NCBI GenBank assembly: GCA_965645245.1
Contig: OZ287067.1
Span: 806,001 to 870,000 of the forward strand
Direction: 5' to 3'
Length of the DNA stretch: 64,000 nucleotides
Source: Massalongia carnosa
Taxonomy: Eukaryota
Position numbers and translations under genes: made by a program. Under the pieces are notes generated by a model that was not told the DNA's origin, ran no database searches, and saw nothing but the letters and a program-made list of their open reading frames with translations. Of this stretch, positions 55,277-64,000 are shown one piece after another. Every line of letters begins with the position of its first letter. Position 1 is the first letter of the stretch.

Positions 55277-56472
55277 ATGGAAGAGCTACATGTTCACGTC
55301 TATTGATATTCATCCATTGCATTGTCCTAGTTATATTTCCTCAGTGACCAAAGTGTCTATGTATAAAACGGAGATATTCTCAATTGAGGCCTTCTAACCG
55401 ACCGCAACTAGGGCCCATACGAGCAATTCATCCTCTTTGGTGACTCGATAACTGAGCAGTCCTGCAGCCAGGAACGAGGTTTTGCTCTCCTCCCCGCTCT
55501 ACAGAATGGTCAGTCACATCTCCCCCATTTTCCGGATCTTTGACATCTAACATCCAGCTACAAAACAACTTCAGCCTATATCAGACATTTCGACGTTATG
55601 AACAGAGGATTTAGGTACACCTCTATATTATAGGCCCATAATCCTTCAAGAGTACTAAGAAATGGGACATAGTGGCTACAATACTTCCCAAGCCCTGAAG
55701 ATCCTCCCAATGTTCATGCCTACTCTTTCCCAGGCGAGAGTCCGCTTCATGGTACCTTATTCAAGCGTTCTAAATCTAAGTCATTCGCCCCAATCCTCCA
55801 AACTGACAAAACCCCCAGGCAGTATTCTTTGGTGCGAACGATGCTTGCCTACCCGATTCTAGCACGGGGCAGCACGTGCCTCTCGATACGTACAAACAGA
55901 ATATAAAAGAAATTCTTACTCACCCTCTCCTGGCGGCGCATCAACCCCATCTGCTCCTGGTAACCCCACCACCAATCAACGAGTATGCCCTCGATGCGCC
56001 AAAGGATGATGAGAATACGATTCCCACGCGGACGAGGACGGCGGAGCATACGAAAACGTACGCGGATGCATGTCGCGAAGTTGGGGAAGAGCTAGGCGTG
56101 GTAGTGCTAGATTTATGGACTATCTTCATGACGGAAGCAGGGTGGAAAGCAGATGATCCATTGCCTGGGTCTAAGAGCGTCGAAAGGAGTGTGATTCTGG
56201 AAGAATTGTTGCATGATGGTCTGTGCTGATCGTTCCCTTTTGATTTCATCTTTCAATACATGTTTCTCCAACCCCACCCTCTGGAAAGCAGGAGTGCTTT
56301 ATATCTCGATTCTAATTTTCCTGGGTCGGCAGGACTTCACTTCAACCCAAAAGCTTACAAGCTGCTCTACGAGGCCATGATCAAAACCATGCGAATCTCG
56401 TTCTCAAAACCCTACATTGCTAACCAGGATAACACACCTCCCGTGTTTCCCTTCTGGGAAGATTTCTTGTGA
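55277..56472 (+). CDS. IAH1: GDSL/SGNH esterase, isoamyl acetate-hydrolysing Iah1-like (start tentative)
   Basis: QFILFGDSITEQ, NRGF|SGYNT, FFGANDA, LVTPPPINE and DG|LHF spread over several short exons. Confidence 0.85.
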
Positions 56473-56887
56473 AATAATGATTCATGAACGGAGACCCTGA
56501 GATGGCTGAGTTGTGGGTGGATTTGAGAAAAGTATCATGTCTAAAGACGATAGAGCTTAACTGGCTCCCAAGGTTTCGACAAATCAAACCGATTCTCAAA
56601 AAGGGACGATTAACGAAAGGCAGCCCAACATCCAGAAGCTCAAGTCTAAACAATCTTCGCTTCTCAAGAAAGATAAATTCAATCTCCCCCCCTAAAATTC
56701 TCCTAAAAGTCTCCTCCATGAAATCCATCTTCCCCTCAACATCCAAAATACACGCAAGCACGTTTTCTTAAGACGCCTCATCTGTTCTCTTCTCCTCTTG
56801 CCCCCCTCTACCTCTACCAAACAACCCTCCCACTACCTACCGATCCCACGTCCTATAAACCGACGTGCGAAACCCAGCAGCAGGCAC

Positions 56888-57795
56888 CTACGTTGCATTC
56901 ACCGCCCGCACGCACCGCCGAAATAGTACTCCATGCTGCTCATCGTCCGGATCGTCCCAGTCGCGCGCGTCGCTCGCCAGGAGTATGCGGTAAGCATGCT
57001 AGGGTTCAGTCTAAGCCTTCGGTTAGCTTGTTTGCTTGATAATCCTCAACCGAGTCCCAGGCTCAGAACCCATAACCCCTTTCTTCCCACGATACAAAAA
57101 CAGGAAAGTGGAACGAACGAACTTGAGGGGGAGGGGAGGAGAACGACAAAGAAAAAAGCCGGAAGGAGAAAACGGGGGGATGAATCCAAAAAAAGAAAAA
57201 AGTAACCTACAATCATCTCATGCACCAACACCTTCACAACCTCGGCCACCCCCTTCCTCCCATTCAGTAACAGCATATCGGCGTTCAACCCCACAAACAC
57301 TCTCCTCCCGCCCCCCCTGCCCCTCTCCCTACTGCCACCCCTACTTCCCCCCTCCCAAGCCCCCCTCCTCCCCTCCTACCCCTCACGCTCCAACCCCTCA
57401 CGCTCCAACCCCCTGGCCGCGACCCCCAAAATCTCTGGATCGACTGCCTCAGCCATCCAGTCCAGGTGCATGTTCCCGGCTAAGCGGCCCCCGAACAGGG
57501 CGCGGTCGAGATCATGAAAGATCCTGAGAGGCAGGTCGGCGGCCCAGGCCCCGGATGCCTGCGGCGCGTGGAGTTTGCGGAGGCGCTGGAGGGGTGCGGG
57601 GAGGAGGTGGTTATTGGGGGTGTTGGGGGGAGGGGAGTGGAAAGAGGGGTGCAGGGCGAGGAAGGAGCGGACGGCGGTGGGGAGGGGGATGAGAAAGGCG
57701 AAGGCGGAGTGGTAGGAGAGGGGAAGATGCGGGGTGGTGAGGTCGGCGATGAGGGCGGGGGTGGTGGGGTAGGTGGTCTGGGATGTGGTGTGCAT
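56888..57795 (-). CDS. SprT-like zinc metalloprotease-domain gene with an in-frame TAG (boundaries uncertain)
   Basis: IFHDLDRALFGGRL..LDW, VLVHEMI|HAY split by intron 56999-57210, and HGVLF; TAG at 57376-57378 in a Gly-rich linker. Confidence 0.6.
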
Positions 57796-58253
57796 GGGGT
57801 TCCAGGCGGAGAGGTAGCGGTGACGGAAGGTGGGCGTAGAGTAGGGGTGTGGTAGGGGGTGGGGGGAGGTGGTATGTTTTTATTTTGGATGGGGGAAGGG
57901 TTGTTGGTTTGTTGGTTTGGGGGGAGGGGGGCTCGAGGCTCTGTAATAGATATGGGGTGGATCGGGGGGCGGATGGATGCCGATGATGAAGAAAATTGAG
58001 CGTGAGGATGGATGATGGCCATGCGATAGAGGATTCGCATGAGGCGCGAGGGAATAACCGAGAAGAGAGTAGGCTAGGTAGGTACGAGTAGGTAGGGTGT
58101 GTATATATACACAGATATGACGCCGCCGAGTATACCAAATACCGAGATAACACATGGAGACAAAGACGAAGCGAAGCATCATATTCAATAACATAAAATA
58201 GGCCCCGTAGATCCCCGAATCACGAAACGCAGAAAGAATACACCGCTTTTTCC

Positions 58254-59554
58254 TCAAAACCTTGACGATCTCCTCGACGTCCGATACATGGTGAAGCCCA
58301 CATACCCGCCTACGACGACGACGAGGAACAGAACCACCTTGATGAAAAACCACCCCCAGCCACGGCTTTCGGTGGGATTGATGCCTGGCGCGAAAGACTT
58401 TCCCTGGCTTTGCGCTCGCAAAGTGCTGTCGATCTTCGACGCGTCGGCGGTGGTGTCGCGAACGTGCATGTTCCACGTTTCGACGGCGAGGATGTCGTGG
58501 TTATCATGTAACTCGCCCGTTTCGGCACTGAAGCCCAGGTAGGCGAGGGAGGGGAGCTTGATCGGGCGGGTCTCGAAACAGTCGATCCATTCATCGATGG
58601 TTTGGTATTGCAGTTCCACTTTCAATGACTGCTCTTGATAGTACGTGAGTCGGATTTTGGTGGGGATCGATGCTGTGCGGAGGCCACGAGCCTGGGTAGA
58701 CCCCATCAGTGATTCATCCCCGAAGCTGAAACGATTGAATTTACCGAGCAACCCGACAATTCGTTGGCGTTACCGTCATGACCCTTGTCGTAGGTGACTG
58801 AGCTGTTGCCCAACATGGCCATCACGTACGGAAAGACGATTCCCGGACGCGAATTCTTATACGTATCGATGAACACCCCGAGCCCCTCGAATCTGTCCAT
58901 CGAGCCAAAAACGGGCCCAGGCGTTGCCCTTTCCTTCGTGACCCAGATCGCCATCCCGTCTCCGTGAAGATTCCCCGATCCATGAATCTGAAAAGTGACT
59001 TCAATCTGAACAGTTGTCAGGGCCTGATTTTCCGCAATAATAGCTTTAGGAAAGTATTCACCCTCCAATTTGTTGCGGTCAACGGAAGACGAGAAAACAA
59101 CCATCCATCTTGAGAGGGTCGATCCGATGTAAGGCGGATATACCTGCGATCGAGAGTCTGAGAATTTGGCTGGTCAATGAAATAGTGGGGATTCCGCACT
59201 GATCTGCTCGGACTATTGTGTCTTGTCCAAAATCAAAGTATCGGTTTTGCATATCTGAGTGTAAATATGGCTATGCCCCATCAGTTCTTCCTCGTCCTTG
59301 ATCTATTTTGACATTTCCGTTTCGTTTCTCGGAGCTCGTATTTGTCCCGGGGTAGGTGGAAGAACTGACCACAGATAAACTATGTGACCGCAGCTGTATC
59401 GTCTCAACATTAGCGAGTGACATATTATACACCCCAAACCACTTACTGGTATTTGTCTAACTTTGGAAGGGTCGGCTTCAATCGCAGCATGGGCGCCAAT
59501 ACAAGCGGCAACGAGCCAAAGCACCGCTGTCCTCCATGGTAGTCTCATCCTCAT
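58254..59554 (-). CDS. L-type lectin cargo receptor (VIP36/LMAN2-like), multi-exon
   Basis: Signal peptide, YIRLTSDRPS, GDGMAIW, GLGVFIDTYKN, YLGFSAETGELHDNHDI, one TM segment and the tail RRSSRF. Confidence 0.9.
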
Positions 59555-59878
59555 ACAGAATGAATCGGGGAATGGAAGAATAAGTAAATGGGGATAGAGC
59601 GTAGAGGAGAGAAAGCGGTGCAGATTTGAGTAGTTGTCCTTATGGTCACCTGCTTTTCGAGGCAGCTTCAGCCGAAGCGCGGGCCGTCGGGAGGCTGGCC
59701 GGAGCCGCATTTCATGAAGCTTTCTCTCGAATATCGCCATCACAAAACATCTCACCATTGTCGTTCATTTTGGAAGGAAACTTATAAGGAGAGCTCAAGA
59801 CCTCTATACAACTGTCTACTAGGTTTACGAAAACCTCCTTTGCTCTTACGAGCTTGGTCTCGCCCAATTTCCGCCACC

Positions 59879-60273
59879 ATGGATTCCATCAATAACTCCG
59901 ACGATTTCACCTCCTCATCCGACACCAAAGCTACAATTATCAAGCAAATACAACAAGAAGCCGCCATGAATAACGCGCGGCAACTCATTCAGGTAAAATC
60001 TCTCCACTTTAGGAGTCCAAAATTCAGGTCCCTCGCTTCCGACGTTCTTCTGACAACGCCAAACCCGTACAGAAACTCAACGTGCACTGCTTCAACAAAT
60101 GTATTCCCTCACCTGGGAGCAGCCTCTCGAAAAAGGAAGAAATATGCTTTACCCAGTGTATGGAAAAGTATATGGCGACGTGGAATACGGTGAGCAGGCA
60201 GTATATCAGCCGGATACAAAAATCGCAGGTGCAAGGGACGGGAGGGGTAGATATGTTTTCGGGAATGGATTGA
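59879..60273 (+). CDS. TIM13: Mitochondrial small Tim chaperone Tim13
   Basis: QEAAMNNARQLIQ|KLNVHCFNKC..CFTQCMEKYMATWNTVS twin CX3C; GCCACCATGG start context; one intron. Confidence 0.93.
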
Positions 60274-60626
60274 GAAAGTACAGGAGAGGACCTAATCCGC
60301 CGGAAGTGGGGAAGAGAATGGATCCAATCATCAGTGGATTGGTTGTATTATTGTATACATGAAGCATCGGAGAACATAGAATTTCAATCCTTTGGTTATC
60401 AAATCTCGTTGCGAGGGCTGGATCCTAAAGAGAATTGCTCCTCTATGTGTATTATAAAAAAAAGCATACAACTACAAGTCCACTCTACTAGAGCTGAGTC
60501 GCGAAACCATATATACCACCAAAAAAACCAAACACGGTGAGCCCTCTTCCGAGACCAATAGCTCCTCGCTACGCTAGACTGATGCTAACTACACCACCCT
60601 CTTCTGGGTCCCCTGTGATGTCCCTC

Positions 60627-61637
60627 TCAGGCTATCTGTTTCCTTTGCAGTGCCTGCCCTCTAAGGTTCTTTTGCCTGTCTGCATACTCCCGTACTAGTA
60701 TCGAGCAGTGGATCTCTTCGCATAACTTTTTTCTCCTTTGTGTCGGTAGATTTGACGCAAATTCTAGACCACTCGCTCTTTCTATAGCCTCGATTGGAAC
60801 CTCAAAGTCGGTTAACGGCTTGTCATTGGCAATCTTTGCGTTTGGTAAGACAAAAGCCCCTAGTGAAACATTCCCACCCGTCGTACCATCTTCAGCGAAT
60901 ATAACCTTGAAGAAATGTGTTGGCACTGCCACGCTGGGTGGACTCCCGATAATCTCGTATGAAACGCGCCATTTCCCATCTTCCGGGTCTTTTCTTGGAA
61001 GATACAGCGGTCCCGTCACGATACGAACAGAGGGATAGTCGTTGGTTAAGCGTCGGCAAAAGTCTTCGAAGTGCGCCCAGTAGTCCCTGTTGAAGCCATC
61101 GCCTACTTGCGGGCACATATTACTAAGGAGAAAAGTCTGATTCAAAGCGTCCTGGCTCCATCTGGCATCAGCCGCTGGGACTTGATGGCCTCTATCATAG
61201 CCAGAGCGGAAGTAGTCAACGAGTTTCGCCCGGAATTTGGTAGGGATACTTTCATCTTCCACGAAGACAGAATGTCGCCTGTCGGCATTATTGACGGCCA
61301 AAGAGGCGGGAGTTATATGTTCTGCTACCCAGAGCGGATTGCGAGTTCGACGGTCGAAGGCAGAAGTTGTTGAGAGGGTTGGATTAAGGTCGGAGATAGG
61401 ACCAGGAAAGCCATACTGAAAAAGGCCAGAGGGGTTAACGGACGGAATCAGGTCTTTAAAAAGTTGAGGTGCACCTGGAACAGGGCTTGAAGGTAGATTC
61501 CTTGTTGAAGCAATTATGGTAGCTGTTGAAATAGGCGCGGTTTTGCGCTCAGACCGAGAGGAAAGGAAGATGGTTGTTGCAGCAGCACCTGCTGCCGCCG
61601 ACACTCCTGCTATGATGGCTAACGTGGTCTTTGACAT
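60627..61637 (-). CDS. NUC1: Mitochondrial endonuclease G (Nuc1)
   Basis: FQYGFPGP, SGYDRGHQVPAAD, FLLSNMCPQVG.GFNRDYW and VAVPTHFFKV. Confidence 0.96.
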   Translation of the reverse strand: MSKTTLAIIAGVSAAAGAAATTIFLSSRSERKTAPISTATIIASTRNLPSSPVPGAPQLFKDLIPSVNPSGLFQYGFPGPISDLNPTLSTTSAFDRRTRNPLWVAEHITPASLAVNNADRRHSVFVEDESIPTKFRAKLVDYFRSGYDRGHQVPAADARWSQDALNQTFLLSNMCPQVGDGFNRDYWAHFEDFCRRLTNDYPSVRIVTGPLYLPRKDPEDGKWRVSYEIIGSPPSVAVPTHFFKVIFAEDGTTGGNVSLGAFVLPNAKIANDKPLTDFEVPIEAIERASGLEFASNLPTQRRKKLCEEIHCSILVREYADRQKNLRGQALQRKQIA

Positions 61638-61721
61638 GAATATAACTCATCTATCGTCTTTGCAAATGAACAATGAATACAGAGTACAGAGCATCCCTTT
61701 GGAGACTCTATCTGATGTGTC

Positions 61722-61735
61722 ACGCGTTAACGCGT
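61722..61735. promoter_or_regulatory. Palindromic double MCB (ACGCGTTAACGCGT) in the NUC1/ZRT3 divergent promoter
   Basis: Perfect 14-bp palindrome made of two ACGCGT boxes, 85 bp upstream of the NUC1 ATG. Confidence 0.5.
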
Positions 61736-62102
61736 TTGCTAAGCATTTTGAAGACCCGCGTGACTTGGCTCCCCCTGTCCGAGCGCACTGCCACTAATTC
61801 GTAGATGAGCACAGTCATGCCAGAAGATTTCGTTACAGGGATGCACAGTTTTGTGGCACCTCACCTCAAGCAAAGCCAGCTCCACAAGATCGTTCCCTTT
61901 ATATGTGAGGTTGGGGATCCATCTTTGTTCGTTTTTCCTTTTTTAAACCGTTGTACGTACATCATTCTTCTTTTTACAGCAGACCTAATGACGAGTTTCT
62001 TCGCAGGCCTCCTGCAGTGATTCCACGAGCTTCGTCCAGCCTCATCAAGCTACATGAGTACATCAAATCAAAGAAAGGTACCTCTGTAGAGAAAGTAGCA
62101 TC

Positions 62103-63782
62103 ATGGTGCTGGAAATTGATACTCGAGGATGGATTATGGCGTGCGTGAGTGGAATAGGTATAGGACTTGACCATTGCATCTTATGCGGTCCTAACCCTTC
62201 CCAGCATGCGTGTTTGGCTCGAGCATCATCTGCGTCGATCTACTAATACAACGAATACCGGGCAAGCGCAATTTTAGAATACAAGATAGCAACGCCTTTT
62301 TATCGTCTTCCCTGAGCCTTAGTTTTGGAGTAATGGTAAGCCGAATGGTTCTATGCCCAAAGGCGAATCGGGTAGTTAACCGTGATATCATAGCTTTTCT
62401 CATCCCTCTACAGTATGTACGGTCCCGATGAACGCGGCTAAGCCAAGGAGAAATGCTGAATTCGGCTCCCTTCAGGCATGTTACCTTCGGCCAGGAAATA
62501 CTTGATTAGAGGAGGTCTCTCCCCCCAAGCTACAGCTTTCACAACTATCGGCTGTTTTCTGGGTGGGGTGATCTCAATTCAAGCCGTCTCTCGGCTTTTG
62601 CATCATCATATTCCTTCACATGTGGTGGACTGTAGTCATACTCACGAGGATGAGGAGCTTGAAGACAGTACAAATGTACATGGCCATACGGACAATCATC
62701 ATGAGCAAAATGGTTTTATGTCGGAGGTTTCCCCTTTGCTATTTCGAGAAAACTCTCATTTCAAACCGAAACTGCCGCAACGATCTGAATCTGGTCTTTC
62801 GGAAATCACTCCGGGACCTTACGCACATCATTCATTGCAAACCCGGCTCAAAAAGCAAGTATCAAGTCTTGTCCTAGGAGGCAAAATTTCGTGTTACGAA
62901 GGTGGCCCGTGTTTTGGCTACAGCGATCCTTGCGCTCAGGAATGTTTCAAGGTTATCAGTAGGAGTCCCACGGTAATCTCTAGCCGTCCCACAACCTCCG
63001 GTTCTTTGCGTCGACCCAGTGTGATTCGCAGTGCTACAGCGCCGTTTTCTCGCTCTCTGCAAGAGGGGCTTATGGGCGTGGATGAGGATTCCCCAATACC
63101 AGCGATACGATCATCGCAATCGGGATACTCAGCCCAAGTACTGCATCAAAGCCGAAAGGGCTATCAAATCCGAGGGATTTCTCAACCTTTGTTGGAAAAC
63201 CAACCCGACGACCTTGAAAACCATCGAAAGGGGGATACCCCGTCATCATCTAAGGCATCTATCGAAAATGATACCTCCCATTCCCATCATCACCATGTGC
63301 CTACCAACGCCTTTCTTGCGATTGGTCTCCAAACCTCCATTGCGATTGCTCTCCACAAACTCCCGGAGGGCTTCATCACCTTTGCGACGAATCACGCCAA
63401 TCCTCAGCTAGGTTTCACTATTTTCATGGCTCTCTTCATTCACAACATTACAGAAGGATTTGCCATGGCGCTTCCGTTGTACCTTGCCCTTGGCAGCCGG
63501 TGGAAGTCTATGCTCTGGAGTTCGCTGTTAGGGGGCATCAGCCAGCCGCTAGGGGCCGGCATTGCTGCTTTGTGGTTTCAAATCGCCGGGAGCAGTGACC
63601 ATGCTCCCGATGACGCTGTGTATGGGTGTATGTTTGCGATCACGGCTGGCGTCATGGCCAGCGTTGCTTTACAGCTGTTCTCAGAGAGTCTTGGTCTTAC
63701 GCACAATCGGAATTTGTGCATGGCGTTTGCATTTGTCGGCATGGGAATCATGGGGGCCAGTTTTGCTTTGACAGCAAGCTAG
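62103..63782 (+). CDS. ZRT3: ZIP-family zinc transporter, vacuolar Zrt3-like, 4 exons
   Basis: DTRGWIMACVSGIACVFGSSIICVD, SLSFGVM|LFSSLY|SMLP (19-nt microexon 62394-62412), His-rich loops, ALHKLPEG and FIHNITEG. Confidence 0.92.
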
Positions 63783-64000
63783 GCATCAGTGTGCATGGGC
63801 GGTTCGATTTTTTCTCATTTCATCTCATGATACGAGTATGCTATGGAGTAGACGGCGGTTCCCGAATATGGGAGTAGTGTAATGACGCATAGGAGGCTGA
63901 TTCATTATGAAACATCCCGTCTATGCTCCATGAATGTTTTCTCCTCTCTTCGAACCTTTTATGACGGGGGGCCGGCAACTGATCCTACAGTAGAATCCGA

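Overview
Eukaryotic, intron-containing DNA from a filamentous ascomycete (Pezizomycotina; a lichen-forming Lecanoromycete is plausible but only inferred). The backbone is housekeeping genes, mostly in head-to-head pairs: RIO1, SMC3, ATG17/sconB(MET30), a fungal transcription-factor-like gene, CBP3, TIP41/Aurora kinase, ATP23/PRO1, a low-complexity protein/PAP2 membrane protein, BTB protein/isochorismatase, IAH1-like GDSL esterase, SprT-like protein, VIP36-like lectin/TIM13 and NUC1/ZRT3. Two decayed accessory regions interrupt it: 2.7-10.4 kb (a PCA1-type heavy-metal ATPase pseudogene between RIO1 and SMC3) and 46.7-55 kb (two pogo/Fot1 transposons around phosphotransferase and ankyrin remnants). 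A third pogo/Fot1 element lies at 37.3-39.6 kb. The three strongest leads: (1) the 579-aa 'hypothetical' has a Sororin-type C-terminus, a YSR-like Pds5-binding motif and an MCB box; (2) the gene at 42.8-44.7 kb has a retropepsin/Ddi1-like domain with Cys in place of the catalytic Asp; (3) a TACRGAGTA motif recurs in intergenic DNA, mostly between divergent genes. All calls are by eye from motifs; no searches were run.
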